From the NCBI GenBank assembly GCA_965197475.1, contig CBDANF010000003.1:1760001-1824000 (forward strand): a stretch of 64,000 nucleotides of DNA. Reading direction: 5' to 3'. The position numbers and the translations under genes are program-made. Positions 27,226 through 38,899 of this stretch are shown here, piece by piece (position 1 is the first letter of the stretch; every line of letters starts with the position of its first letter). This DNA is from Candidatus Poribacteria bacterium (GTDB lineage: Bacteria; Poribacteria; WGA-4E; WGA-3G). The notes under the pieces were generated by a model. That model was not told the DNA's origin. It made no database searches and saw nothing but the letters and a program-made list of their open reading frames with translations.

Positions 27226-28569
27226 TTATATTTCGATATCAGATGTTTCGGGTGTGGGCACTCGCATAAACAAACCCGTGATTAGATTGCCTTCTGTTGC
27301 GGTAATCTCAAATTCTATACCGTTTTCGTCAACTTGAGATTCACCGGCAGATGGAATGTGTCCAAAGAGCCCGACAGCGTAACCACCGATAGTATCGGCA
27401 TCATCTTTTTGGAGTTTAAGTTCGAATTGCTGGTTGAGTTCGCGAATGCTCATGCGTCCTGACATTTCAAGCACCAACGGGTCATCTGAATGTTTGATAT
27501 ATTCAGGTGGAGAATCGTCCTTATCATGTTCATCAACGATATCACCGACCACCTGCTCAACGATATCTTCAGTCGTAACAATGCCGGAAATGCCGCCATA
27601 TTCATCACGGAGAATTGCTATTTTAGTTTTTTCGCGTTTCAGTTGGAGTAACAGGATTCCGATTTTACGGGTTTCGAGTACTAAAACAGGGTCGCGAATT
27701 AGCGGCGCGTTAGCGGGAACTTCTGCAATTTGCTCTCGTTTTTCTAAAAATTCATCAATCGTAAGCAAATTAATCTCTGTATTACGCCACTGTACGAGAT
27801 CTTTGACATAGAAGATGCCACAAATTTTATCAATCTGTTCACGGTAGACGGGAATGCGTGAGAACCCAGATTCTTTTGCCTGTGTTAAGGTCTCTTGGAT
27901 AGTATTTGATGTAGGTACTGCAATAACTTCGGTTCTGGGCACCATAATTTCTTTTGCCTCAATGTCTCGCAATTGAAGGATATTGCCCACAATTTCCCGC
28001 TCATCGGGTGGAAGTGCTTCCTCGTGGTAAGTTTTGAAAATTTCTTGTAAATCTGTCGTAGTAAGTTTTTCTGAAGGTGGCAGCTGTCCACCAAATATTG
28101 GGACAAGGAAATCAATGATTTTACGTAGAAGGGCGCGTAAAGGAGAAATGACAACAGAAAATACCCATAACGGTGGGGCAGTTATTTTGGCAAAGGACTC
28201 TGCATGCTTAATAGCGTATGTTTTCGGTGTCATCTCGCCAAAGATAAGCATAAGGAGCACACTAAGTGCTGTAGCAATGATAAATTGGATAACTGGGGGG
28301 GATTGCTGAAGCACTCGCGACACAAGTTTTAGCATCAGTATCGCGAAGGTGACATTAACCAGATTGTTACCGAGTAGGACAGTAATAAACAACCGGCGTG
28401 GGTTGTCAACAAAATTGACAACTGCCGATGCACTTCCCCGTTTGAAACGTATCTTTTCGATCTGGACTCGCGTTAATGCACATAAAGCCGTCTCAGAACT
28501 GGAGAAAAAACCGGAAAGGATGAGTAAACCTACTAATCCAATCAGATAAGGTAGTAATGGAACTTCCAT
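27226..28569 (-). CDS. CNNM(DUF21)-CBS-CorC transporter / hemolysin-family protein
   Basis: SGFFSSSETAL, FGEMTPK, FSRIPVY and DEYGGISGIVTTEDIVE. Confidence 0.9.
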   Translation of the reverse strand: MEVPLLPYLIGLVGLLILSGFFSSSETALCALTRVQIEKIRFKRGSASAVVNFVDNPRRLFITVLLGNNLVNVTFAILMLKLVSRVLQQSPPVIQFIIATALSVLLMLIFGEMTPKTYAIKHAESFAKITAPPLWVFSVVISPLRALLRKIIDFLVPIFGGQLPPSEKLTTTDLQEIFKTYHEEALPPDEREIVGNILQLRDIEAKEIMVPRTEVIAVPTSNTIQETLTQAKESGFSRIPVYREQIDKICGIFYVKDLVQWRNTEINLLTIDEFLEKREQIAEVPANAPLIRDPVLVLETRKIGILLLQLKREKTKIAILRDEYGGISGIVTTEDIVEQVVGDIVDEHDKDDSPPEYIKHSDDPLVLEMSGRMSIRELNQQFELKLQKDDADTIGGYAVGLFGHIPSAGESQVDENGIEFEITATEGNLITGLFMRVPTPETSDIEI

Positions 28570-28806
28570 TCGTTTTTGTGGACGATGTTTAATGAGGTGT
28601 TCGTCCGGGGTATCTAATCTCAGTTTCTGGTGTTAAAATATAACGTGTTTACTATTGTTATAACGTGGTTTAGTATTAATTATAACATGTTAACACATTA
28701 AACGCAAAAAAAATAGCAGCCCAGCAAATTCCGATGAATACTCACACGCAATTCTACTGCCAAGCAGTACTTAATCAATAGAAAACCAGACAAAATGAGG
28801 CAGTCA

Positions 28807-29448
28807 ATGACAAAATTAGAACAGATGCAACGTATTGAGGCATCCGGTATTGTCGCTATAATTCGTGCCAACAGATCAGATGAACTGATTGAAGCGGCAG
28901 CGGCTATTCAAACTGGGGGTGTTGATGTTATTGAAATAACGATGACAACACCAAAGGCGTTACGGGTAATTAGCGAAGTATCAGCACGTTTAGGCAATGC
29001 GGTCTTAATTGGGGTCGGTTCGGTTCTCGACGCGGAGACAGCTCGTGCAGCGATGCTCGCTGGTGCTGAATTTGTCGTCAGCCCCGTTACGAAACCAGAC
29101 GTGATTGAAATTTGCAACCGGTACGGCAAAGTCGTTATACCGGGGGCATTCACACCTACAGAGATTTTGACAGCATGGGAAACAGGTGCGGATTATGTGA
29201 AAGTTTTTCCTTCAAGTGGGGTCGGTTCTTCCTACATCAAGGATATAAAAGCCCCTCTTCCGCAGATTCCACTTATTCCGACCGGTGGCATCAATGCCGA
29301 AAATGCCGCTGAGTTTATTAAGGCTGGTGCATCCGCATTAGGGGTTGGAAGTTCCCTTGTTAGTAACTCTCTCATTGAATCTGGGGATTTCGCGACACTC
29401 ACGGAAAGGGCGAAGAATTTGATCGATGCTGTCAAATCCGCCAGATGA
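28807..29448 (+). CDS. eda: KDPG/KHG aldolase
   Basis: IVAIIR, IEITM, PGAFTPTEI, VKVFP and PTGGI. Confidence 0.88.
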   Translation: MTKLEQMQRIEASGIVAIIRANRSDELIEAAAAIQTGGVDVIEITMTTPKALRVISEVSARLGNAVLIGVGSVLDAETARAAMLAGAEFVVSPVTKPDVIEICNRYGKVVIPGAFTPTEILTAWETGADYVKVFPSSGVGSSYIKDIKAPLPQIPLIPTGGINAENAAEFIKAGASALGVGSSLVSNSLIESGDFATLTERAKNLIDAVKSAR

Positions 29449-29494
29449 TTGATAAACCAAAGTGATGCTGCAAACGTCTCATATTAGTAATTAG

Positions 29495-29648
29495 TTTCGC
29501 CCATGCCTATACGTTTTCGCCCATGCCTATACGTTCCACTTTCGCGATCAATTTCTACGGTATTAAATAAGATGATTACCAAAACCGATATACGAAGGGT
29601 AGACGACAGTTCTTCTTGATGGTTTAAGGGTAGACGACAGTTCTTCTT
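29495..29648. repeat. Two short intergenic direct duplications
   Basis: A 20-bp tandem TTTCGCCCATGCCTATACGT x2 (29495-29534), and AAGGGTAGACGACAGTTCTTCTT at 29595 and 29626. Confidence 0.7.
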
Positions 29649-29795
29649 AGAACTCAAATTTATTCTACATGATCAAATTAATAATCGTTTTTACGTTGAC
29701 AGTTGCTGCTATTTTTGCTAATTTCTTTATAATGCAAGAAAAATGAGCACACAGTAGTTTGTTAAACACAAGATATAGCCTAGCGAAAAACCGTT

Positions 29796-31781
29796 ATGAA
29801 GATTAACGAATTGATATTAGGTAAATATAGGTTGCTTGAGTACCTTAGTTCAGGTAGCTTTTCGTCTGTTTTTCGCGCGCGCGAAGAGATGACGAATCGT
29901 ATTGTTGCAATCAAAGCACTCTCCAAAGATGCTTATCCGGCGGATAGAACGCGCTATCTTTTCACCGAACTTCGAGCAATGTCAAATATATGGGGACATC
30001 CCAATATTGTCTCAATCCATACTGTTGAGCCAGGCAAGGACAACTATCTCGCATGGATAGTTATGGAATATATTGAAGGTGCTAACCTGCATCAACTCGT
30101 TCAATACGGCGATTTAACCTTAAACGATGTCCTCAATATCGGTTTAGGTATATGCAACGGTTTAAAAACTGCACATGCCCACAATATCTTGCACCGTGAT
30201 ATTAAACCACAAAATATATTACTCACTCCTGAAAAAGAGGCGAAAATAGCAGATTTCGGTATCGCCCGTATTTTTGGTGAGACAACAGAATTTGCCGTAA
30301 CTATGACCGGTACCCGACGCTACATGGCACCAGAACAACATTATGGGGCTTATGACTATCGGGCAGATCTGTACGCTACAGGTTTAGCCCTTTATGAGGC
30401 ACTCACAAAACAATTTCCATTTTCTGGTGAAGCTGATGAAATTGATAGAAAGAAAGCCTCAGCTGAAATAGAGAACATTGAAAAATGCCCAGAGGAATTC
30501 CGAAATTTTGCACTAAAAGCACTCCATAGAGATGTTGATAAACGTTACCAAACAGCATCTGAAATGTACGAGGAACTCGACCGAATTCGCCGTTGGCAGT
30601 ACGAACAGCAAGCCTCTATCTTTATTGCAGAAAGTGCGAATTCACCCGCAACTGAATTGGCAAGTGCTCTTGAACGTTGCCGAAAAACCTTCCGATTACA
30701 AATTGATACTGCCGAGCAAATCAACCAAAACCTTTTCTTTGAAATGCGTAGCAAAGCCGAAAAAGAAAATAGTGAAAGACTTAAGATCCGACTCAAGCAA
30801 CACTACAACGAAGCTTTTGAATACGCGCAGAACGGTGCTATAGATGAAACACTTCAAGAACTTCATAAGGCACACAACCTCTGTTTGCAGGATGCTGAAC
30901 TCGTTGCGCAAGCTGACTCACTTTTCAAGGAAATGAAAACACTTGTCCCAGCTTCAGATGCACCGACAATTCAAACAATTACCGAATTAATTGAGAAGTT
31001 ATCAGAGACAGAAAAATCAATTCTTCTGGACGAGTTAACCTTGACGGAAGAACAAGTTGACTCGGAAGAACAGGTTGATCGGGAAGTTTACCATGAAGAA
31101 TTGGATACGCCGCTTGTACCCAAAACCCAAACGCAATCCGAAAGCAATTATCGCGTCTTAATAGAAGAAGCCCCTCCTGAATTTTTATTGGATAAAGTCC
31201 ACGAAGATATTCAATATCCGCATGAAGAAGAAGCAGCCTACATCTATCAACAAGCACAAATTTTTACCCAACAAGGAAATATGCGCAGATGTCTTACGCA
31301 ATATAAGACACTCGGTGCTTTTTACCACAAACATGCTAAACGGTTTATTAGAATGGACGAGGTGGAACTCGTAGCGAATTGTTATACACGCGCACGATTT
31401 GCTTATGCAGCCGCGAAAAAGCCACGAGACGCAAAGAAAAACGCAAGAAACGGTGCCGTGTATTATGTTCATCTGGCACGGCAACTGGAAATGCAGCGCG
31501 CATGGACGGAGTCTGGCAAGTCATACATCCTCGCTGCAGACAATTATCGTTATGCCCAGCTTAGTCTGGAAGTGGAAAAGTGCGAATCTTCGGCTACTGT
31601 TTGCTATTTCAATGCTGCTGAAAGCGCACATCTTATTGGTGATCTCCAAACTGCTTACGATTATTATATGCGAATTTTAACAATCGGTGAGAAATTGCAA
31701 AATCCGCCAAGAGCAGTAATTGAGGCACAAAAATTACTTGGCGAAATTCATGATTCAAGTATAGGGAAAGTGCATGTTTGA
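29796..31781 (+). CDS. Hanks-type Ser/Thr kinase with a helical (TPR/SNAP-like) C-terminus
   Basis: VAIK, HRDIKPQN, DFG and GTRRYMAPE motifs. No TM segment. Ala/Tyr-rich helical repeats in the C-terminal part. Confidence 0.9.
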   Translation: MKINELILGKYRLLEYLSSGSFSSVFRAREEMTNRIVAIKALSKDAYPADRTRYLFTELRAMSNIWGHPNIVSIHTVEPGKDNYLAWIVMEYIEGANLHQLVQYGDLTLNDVLNIGLGICNGLKTAHAHNILHRDIKPQNILLTPEKEAKIADFGIARIFGETTEFAVTMTGTRRYMAPEQHYGAYDYRADLYATGLALYEALTKQFPFSGEADEIDRKKASAEIENIEKCPEEFRNFALKALHRDVDKRYQTASEMYEELDRIRRWQYEQQASIFIAESANSPATELASALERCRKTFRLQIDTAEQINQNLFFEMRSKAEKENSERLKIRLKQHYNEAFEYAQNGAIDETLQELHKAHNLCLQDAELVAQADSLFKEMKTLVPASDAPTIQTITELIEKLSETEKSILLDELTLTEEQVDSEEQVDREVYHEELDTPLVPKTQTQSESNYRVLIEEAPPEFLLDKVHEDIQYPHEEEAAYIYQQAQIFTQQGNMRRCLTQYKTLGAFYHKHAKRFIRMDEVELVANCYTRARFAYAAAKKPRDAKKNARNGAVYYVHLARQLEMQRAWTESGKSYILAADNYRYAQLSLEVEKCESSATVCYFNAAESAHLIGDLQTAYDYYMRILTIGEKLQNPPRAVIEAQKLLGEIHDSSIGKVHV

Positions 31782-31859
31782 AACTGTCCAAGCATTCGAT
31801 TTATTGAGGCAGTTCATAAATAATTACGGGTTTCATGCAATCGCACAGAACATAACGAA

Positions 31860-32861
31860 ATGTATGATCTTCTTGCTATTGGTCGCAGCTCCATAGACCT
31901 CTACTCTAATGATATAGGAAGCCCTTTTCCTGAAATCACAAGTTTTGGCGCATTTGTCGGAGGGTGTCCCACTAATATAAGTGTTGGCACACGCCGTCTT
32001 GGACTTCAATCAGCTCTTCTCACCGCAGTTGGCGATGACCCGGTCGGAGAATTCCTGCTCAAGTTTTTGAATGATGAGGACGTTGAAACTCAATTCATTG
32101 TCAACAAACCGGGACACCGTACAAGTGCTGTTGTTCTTGGAATTGAACCGCCTGATCGATTTCCACTAATCTATTATCGGGATAACTGCGCGGATATTGA
32201 ACTCACGATTGATGATGTTATTGCTTCGCCTATTGCCAAAAGCCGCGCCGTGCTGATATCCGGAACAGGTCTCAGTAAAGAACCGAGTCGGAGTGCTACG
32301 CTCTATGCTGTGGAACAAGCAAAAGCGATGGAACGTCAGGTGTTTCTGGATTTGGATTTTCGCGTAGACCAATGGCATGACCCGCGCGCTTTCGGTGTGA
32401 GTATTCGATCCACCTTACGTAATGTTGACATTGCTATCGGAACTGAGGAGGAGATTAAGGCAGCATCACTCACCGATATCTCCCACATGTCAATAGAACA
32501 TTCCCAAATTTCAAATCCGAATATTGAAGGAGATATGAACGCTGCCATTGAAACCATTCTAAATGCAGGGCCTGAGGCTTTAGTCGTGAAGCGTGGTAGT
32601 GACGGCGCAGACATCTATTTAAAACATGGGGATATTATTCATTCGCCACCCTTTCCGGTTGAAATCTATAATACGCTCGGAGCAGGTGATGCGTTTGCAA
32701 GTGGTTTTATCTATGGTATCTTAAACCGATGGGATTGGCGAAAATCGGCTCGGCTTGGTAATGCCACCGGAGCCATTGTCGTCACCCGGCACGGGTGCGC
32801 AAACTTTATGCCCACGATGGCAGAAGTCAACGCCTTTGTCGCACAAAGAGGCGAACTATAA
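31860..32861 (+). CDS. iolC: 5-dehydro-2-deoxygluconokinase
   Basis: IGRSSIDLY, GGCPTN, FPLIYYRDNCAD, FLDLDFR and GAGDAF. Directly upstream of iolD. Confidence 0.9.
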   Translation: MYDLLAIGRSSIDLYSNDIGSPFPEITSFGAFVGGCPTNISVGTRRLGLQSALLTAVGDDPVGEFLLKFLNDEDVETQFIVNKPGHRTSAVVLGIEPPDRFPLIYYRDNCADIELTIDDVIASPIAKSRAVLISGTGLSKEPSRSATLYAVEQAKAMERQVFLDLDFRVDQWHDPRAFGVSIRSTLRNVDIAIGTEEEIKAASLTDISHMSIEHSQISNPNIEGDMNAAIETILNAGPEALVVKRGSDGADIYLKHGDIIHSPPFPVEIYNTLGAGDAFASGFIYGILNRWDWRKSARLGNATGAIVVTRHGCANFMPTMAEVNAFVAQRGEL

Positions 32862-32941
32862 CCTATTTTCCGGACGGTAGGTGCGGTTTCTGACAGCACC
32901 TATGGATTGGAATCAAGTTAATTTGGTTAGAGGATTTTAAA

Positions 32942-34700
32942 ATGAAAACACGAAAACTAACAATGGGACAAGCCACAGTACAATTTCTCACGCAACAGTA
33001 CGTTGAACGTGATGGAATTGAGAGAGCCTTTTTCGCAGGCATGTTCGGTATTTTCGGTCATGGTAATGTAGCAGGGATCGGTCAAGCACTGCACCAATAC
33101 TCGGATGAGTTCCGTTTTTATCAAACCCGTAATGAACAATCTATGGTGCATACTGCTGCCGCTTATGCCAAGATGTCAAACAGGCTTAGCACTTTTGCTT
33201 GTACATCTTCTATCGGCCCTGGTGCAACAAACATGCTCACAGGTGCTGCTGGGGCAACGATTAACCGATTACCTGTTCTGCTATTACCTGGAGATATTTT
33301 CTCAACGCGTTTAGTCGCACCTGTTTTACAGCAACTGGAATCTCCAGATTCACAAGACTTTTCTGTCAACGATTGTTTCAAGCCGATTTCTCGTTACTGG
33401 GACCGTATCAATCGTCCTGAGCAGATCATCACCGCACTGCCAGAGGCAATGCGCGTGCTCACCTCACAAGCTGAGACAGGAACCGTGACGTTAGCCTTGC
33501 CCCAAGATGTCCAAGCGGAAGCATTTCCCTATCCTGAACAACTCTTTGAAAAACGGGTCTATACCATTCCAAGACCCCGTGCAGATGTGAACCTGCTAAA
33601 CCGTGCTGTCCAATGGATTTCAAATAGCGAAAAACCATTGATCATTGCTGGCGGCGGTGTCATCTATAGCGAGGCAACTGAGCAGTTAGCAAGATTTGCA
33701 GAGAAAACCGGCATCCCTGTCGGTGAAACATTTGCTGGCAAAGGTTCGCTACGGTACAACCAGCCTCAAAACCTTGGCGCAATTGGTGCGACCGGCACCC
33801 CCGGCGCAAATATCGCTGCGCGTGAAGCAGACTTAGTCATAGCTATCGGAACACGGTTGAGCGATTTCACGACTGCTTCTAAAACTGCCTTTCAAAATCC
33901 GAATGTTCGGTTTATCACTGTTAATATTGCAGAGTTTGACGCTGCGAAACACGCAGCATTACCGTTAGTTGCAGACGCTCGTGTCACGCTGTCTGAGTTA
34001 TCAGATGCTGTTGGCACCTATCGAATTAATACTGATTACGCAACACAGATTGAAAATTACCGAGATGCGTGGGAAGAAGAAGTGGAAAGGCTCTTCCATC
34101 TTGACCATCACCCACTCCCAAGTCAGAGTGAAGTTATCGGAGTTGTTAATGAATTTTCGTGTCCTGAAGATGTCGTTGTCTGTGCTGCGGGAAGTCTCCC
34201 GGGCGATCTTCACAAACTGTGGCGCACGCGCTGGAATACGGCTACTCCTGTATGGGATATGAAATTGCTGGAGGATTAGGCATAAAAATGGCTGATCCTA
34301 CGCGCGATGTCTATGTCCTTGTCGGAGACGGTTCATATCTCATGTTAGCACAAGAAATCATCACCTCAATTCAGGAAAACTATAAATTGATTATTGTGCT
34401 TATCAATAACGATGGGCACAGCAGTATCGGTGGGTTGTCGCAGGCAACAGGGGCACAAGGTTTTGCAACCCGATTCCGATACCGTGATGACAACACGGGA
34501 GAACTGAAGGGGATATTTTACCCGTTGACCTTGCAGCGAAAAAGTCTCGGTGCTAACGTCATTGAAGCAACAACTACGCAAAGTTTAAAGGCCGCATACA
34601 AGAAGCTCGGGAAGCTGACCGAACAACCGTCGTCAAGATTGATGTCCATTATGACGTGAGAGTTCCACAGTACGAATCGTGGTGGGATGTTCCGGTTGCA
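32942..34700 (+). CDS. iolD: THcHDO hydrolase IolD (ThDP-dependent), frameshifted in this sequence
   Basis: GIFGHGNVAG, RNEQ.M, SIGPGATN and GSLPGDLHKLW in one frame. EYGYSCMGYEIAG and VGDGSYLM in a second frame. ESWWDVPV near 34690. Confidence 0.85.
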
Positions 34701-37070
34701 GGTTCATATCTCATGTTAGCACAAGAAATCATCATTGCGCCTCTTCAATTCAGGAAAACTATGAAAATTGATTATTGTGCTTATCAATAACGATGGGCAC
34801 AGCAGTATTGGTGGATTGTACACCACGCGGACCCGATGTCAAATTTACCCGTGGGGCAACACCTTCGTCCCCTGGTAGGCACAAGGTTTTGCTACCCGAT
34901 TCCGATATCGTGACCACGACACTGGAGAACTACAAGGGGATACTTTTACCCGTTGACCTTGCAGCGAATGCAAAGAGCCTGGACGGAACATCGTCGAGTT
35001 GAAGGGCTTAGAGCATGCAAAAAACCTCGGTTATTTGAATTTAGGTGGTAACCAAATTTCAGACCTACGCCCGCTGGCGGGACTCACGCAATTAGAAGCA
35101 TGCTTTAAAGGTAGCATTGCAAGAAGCCCGTGACAATGATCGAACAACCGTCGTCAAAATTGATGTCCATTATGACGTGAGAGTTCCACAGTCAGAACGA
35201 ATCGTGGTGGGATGTTCCTGTTGCGGAAGTGAAGGTTTAAAAACCTTTTCAGAGGTAGATACTGCATTGTTGGGAAACAGGCATATCAAGACTATAAAGA
35301 AGCGAAACAGAAAGAGCGGTATTTCCTCGGGTAGGTTCACTTTGTAACCATAGGTATTAATTTAACGCTACTCCAACCCCGGTAGGTGCGGCCCTTATTC
35401 CCGTACACACAAATCATGCAGAATACCATACGCGTATTCTGCCACGCGCATTTGGCGTTGATTCACCGCACCATAGGTGTCAATTTAAGAAAATGAATCT
35501 GTTTTGTGGATATGTCAAGCATAGCGATTTAGATGGTGAGATGTATCTGAAAACTGGGGTAACTGCGGATGTAAATGGCGACGGCGTTGTTAACATACAA
35601 GATTTGGTGATTGTTGCGAATGCGTTTGGCGAAGCGGAACCTGATCTGAATGGTGATGGTGTTGTTAATATCCCCACCGACATCAAGCCCCAGCGGGGCT
35701 GAGGAATGGATGCCGGATCCTGGGCTGTGTGAGTGAGCAACTATTGAAAATTTCACCCAAGATGACATGCTGCATTTACACAATTATGTATTATAATAAT
35801 TATGCCAAAAACTTGGTTTTTTGAATTTTAACTATTTCGGACATCGTCAGGACTTACGCATTTAATACTTAGGACTTGGGGGCAACCAAATTACGGATGC
35901 CGGATTGGTCAACATTATAAAGCATCAGAACTTTTGAACAAATATTACTTAAAGCTTGAAAAAGTTTTCTTTCCACAATTCCGATCTCGAAGTTGATGCA
36001 ATTTGGATACGATGAAACTTGCGATTTAGAGGGTGTACCTATTCCTGACGGGTTGAGAGTCGTGAGTATCCCTCGGTATTCTCAGCATTTGGGAATATTA
36101 TCAACTTAAGCCTATCTTGGAAGGAACGCTTAGCATATCATGATTTATGAATAGCCAGTTGCTTGACCTGAAGTGGCTGCCAACCCCTGAAGGTTTGAGA
36201 ACCTTTCTGCATGTTGAATCTGCGAAGGAAGATTGGGAGGACATGCTCTCTCTGAACCCAAACATGATTTTCATTGTTCCGATGAACTATTCGGGAGCAA
36301 ACCCCGGTGAGTATCCAGACGATTGGCCTTATTGGTTAAGAGATGAAACAGGGAACATAATTAAACACGATACGAACCCTCAAATTGCGACATCACCTGT
36401 GTTCAGTGCCAAGTAGACGATCCTGATATTAAGATTACACCACGCGGTCCAGATGTCAAATTTGTCCGGGGGATTAGATTAACTTAAACAAGAGCCCAAA
36501 TCAATTGCCTGAACCGCTTGACAGTCCAAAGAACCAACAGAGAATGAGATTGTTTACCACAATGAGTCTCACACTTTCTGATGGCTACGTCATGTATGTC
36601 CCTGGACTTGGTCCCAACCACCAAATGCTTACGAGATTTGGGAGGGACATTCAGAGGAACACGCACGAGGTGTAGTTCATTCTCATGCACAACACTATTG
36701 GTATGATTTCTATGATGCCGATCTCGGTCGCCCTATCGGAGGCGATGAAACCAAAGGCGTTCTCTACAAAACCCCTAAAGGCGTGTCCATTGAGGGACTA
36801 TTTATCCGCGAGTTCACCAACGGCTGGGCGGTCTACAACCGCAGCGGTAAGGCACAAGAGATTAGCCTTCCGATACAAACTGCCGGCGTCGCAAGCGGTA
36901 TCACAAGTTTCAAGCACAAATCCCCGATTTAGATGGTGAGATGTATCTGAAAACTGAGGTAACTGCAGATGTCAACGGCGATGGCGTTGTTAACATACCA
37001 TTGTTGCGAATGCTTTGGGCGAATCGGAACTAATATCCAGGACTTGGTTATTGTTGCGAATGCGTTTTGA
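34701..37070 (+). other. Scrambled region: degenerate second copy of the iolD 3' end mixed with LRR, dockerin-like and hypothetical fragments
   Basis: 34701 restarts the sequence seen at 34330. LRR LGYLNLGGNQISDLRPLAGLTQLE at ~35000-35097. DVNGDGVVNIQDLV at ~35565, degenerate copy at ~36965. Internal duplications at 34819/36436 and 35526/36926. Confidence 0.7.
35848..35860. mobile_element. Solo CAGGACTTACGCA TIR copy
   Basis: Identical to the TIR at 9490 and 1312. Confidence 0.45.
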
Positions 37071-37135
37071 GTGTAAATTTGTACATAATCTCTATCTACA
37101 GTGCGATTAGTTTCAAGGTTATTTCGCATCTCCGT

Positions 37136-37868
37136 ATGTCGGAACAAATTGTTGGTAGAAATCCGGTCATGGAAGCACTCCGTAGTGGACATCAGATAGA
37201 AAAAATCTTAATTGTTCAAGGCATGAACATTCTCGTCTCCGACAAATAATTGATGCAGCTGAGCGCAAAGGTATTCCTATCAACGTTGTCCAAGACACCA
37301 TCTGGATAGCCTGCAGCCGAATCATCAAGGTGTCATCGCCTACATCAGTAAGTTTCAGTATACAGATTTACCACTCTTACTGAAAAAAATTGAGAACAAA
37401 AAGGATGTTCCTGCTGTCTTAATCATGTTAGATCAGATACATGATCCGAGAAATTTAGGCGCGATTCTAAGGACTGCAAACGCAACGAACACAGATGGCG
37501 TGCTGATACCCAAAAACAACTCGGTTGATATTACCGCTGTTGTCCATAAAGCGTCAGCAGGGAGTACTGAATATACCCCGATTACCAAGGTGACAAACCT
37601 CTCCCAGACCATTGAAAAACTTAAAGCTGTAGGGGTGTGGGTTGTTGGAACTGCTGAGGATGCGGAATTGTCTTATACTTCTGCTGATTTTACAGTGCCA
37701 ACATGCATCGTTTTGGGCAACGAAGGCGCGGGAATTCGGCGGCTTGTCAAGCAAAAATGTGATTATCTCGTGCATCTCCCGATGTTAGGTCAAATCCGTT
37801 CGCTGAACGTATCTGTCACTGCAGGAGTATTGTTATACGAAGTTCTTCGGCAACGTGGTGCTAAATAA
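37136..37868 (+). CDS. rlmB: 23S rRNA Gm2251 methyltransferase (SPOUT), 5' part frameshifted
   Basis: MSEQIVGRNPVMEAL at 37136, then LDQIHDPRNLGAILR, GNEGAG and SLNVSV. Confidence 0.85.
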
Positions 37869-38628
37869 CACCTTCCTCTTTTAAACTATAAAAGATACCA
37901 TCGCCGATAATGATGTGGTCTAACACTTTGATGCCGACATAGTTTCCCGCTTCAATCAATTGCTTGGTAGCACGGATGTCCTCTTGACTCGGCTGCGGGT
38001 CTCCTGAAGGGTGGTTATGGGCGAGAACAATGGAGTTTGCAGATTCTTCAATAGCAAATCGGAAAATCTCTCGCGGATGAAAAACACTGGCGTTTAAAGT
38101 GCCTTCAAACACTGTACTCTCAGAAAGAAGTTTTTTGCCCCAATGGATCTCGTTATCAGCATCACCCGCAATGCCCTGCGTTGTGATCCCGCCTTTCGTG
38201 TCAAGACACATCACACAAACCACTTCCTTTCGAAGGTCGCGCATGAGCGGCATCAATAGATCGGCAACATCACTTGGGGAGGAAATCTTAACCCGGTCAG
38301 CATGTGAACGGGCTAAGCGGCGTCCTAATTCAAATGCGGCGACCAGTTGTGCAGCCTTCGCAGCACCAACACCTTTAATTGACTCAAATTGCTTAGGACG
38401 GTTTTCCGCCATCCGTTTTAGATCGTTATCATACGCAGTCAGTATCTGTTCACCGAGTTGGACAGCAGTAGTGCCTTTGAAGCCGCTTTTGAGAATAAGC
38501 GCGAGTAATTCTGAGGTTTTCAGATGCGAGGGACCGTGTTTGTAAAGCCGTTCTCTTGGGCGTTCATCTTTCGGAAGGTCCTTGATTCTTAGTCTGTCGA
38601 TGTCGTACATATCAGTCCTTTCAATCAA
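37861..38628 (-). CDS. radC: RadC family JAB-domain protein
   Basis: ERPRERL, HPREIF, HNHPSGDPQPSQED and VLDHIII. Confidence 0.92.
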   Translation of the reverse strand: MIERTDMYDIDRLRIKDLPKDERPRERLYKHGPSHLKTSELLALILKSGFKGTTAVQLGEQILTAYDNDLKRMAENRPKQFESIKGVGAAKAAQLVAAFELGRRLARSHADRVKISSPSDVADLLMPLMRDLRKEVVCVMCLDTKGGITTQGIAGDADNEIHWGKKLLSESTVFEGTLNASVFHPREIFRFAIEESANSIVLAHNHPSGDPQPSQEDIRATKQLIEAGNYVGIKVLDHIIIGDGIFYSLKEEGVI

Positions 38629-38811
38629 TTATGAGAATTGTATCTGGGTTAAAGTATAGTCAATTTTGGTAATAAAGGCAAGTGAAATTTGTCATAGTCT
38701 TGATCGGTATTGAGTTAAACACGATATATTTAGAGATATATCGTAGATTTTATCTAAACCACAACACATCACCGATTTTTAACAAACTTGTTTCTATCAG
38801 TTTTAATTTTC

Positions 38812-38840
38812 TTGACAAACGATCTAAAATTATATATAAT
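38812..38840 (+). promoter_or_regulatory. Consensus sigma70 promoter
   Basis: TTGACA-N17-TATAAT upstream of the STAS operon. Confidence 0.75.
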
Positions 38841-38899
38841 AGAAACAGAATTAGTGAAGATGCCGTATAACTTAAAAACAGATAAAAGGGAGAAAAAGC

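Noticed and set aside
29495-29648. Short direct repeats as a mini-CRISPR or iterons
   Set aside because: Only two copies of each, with 0-bp and 8-bp spacing. Consistent with slippage duplications.
37861-38628. radC as a marker of a mobile element
   Set aside because: Full-length chromosomal-type RadC among housekeeping genes, with no integrase nearby.
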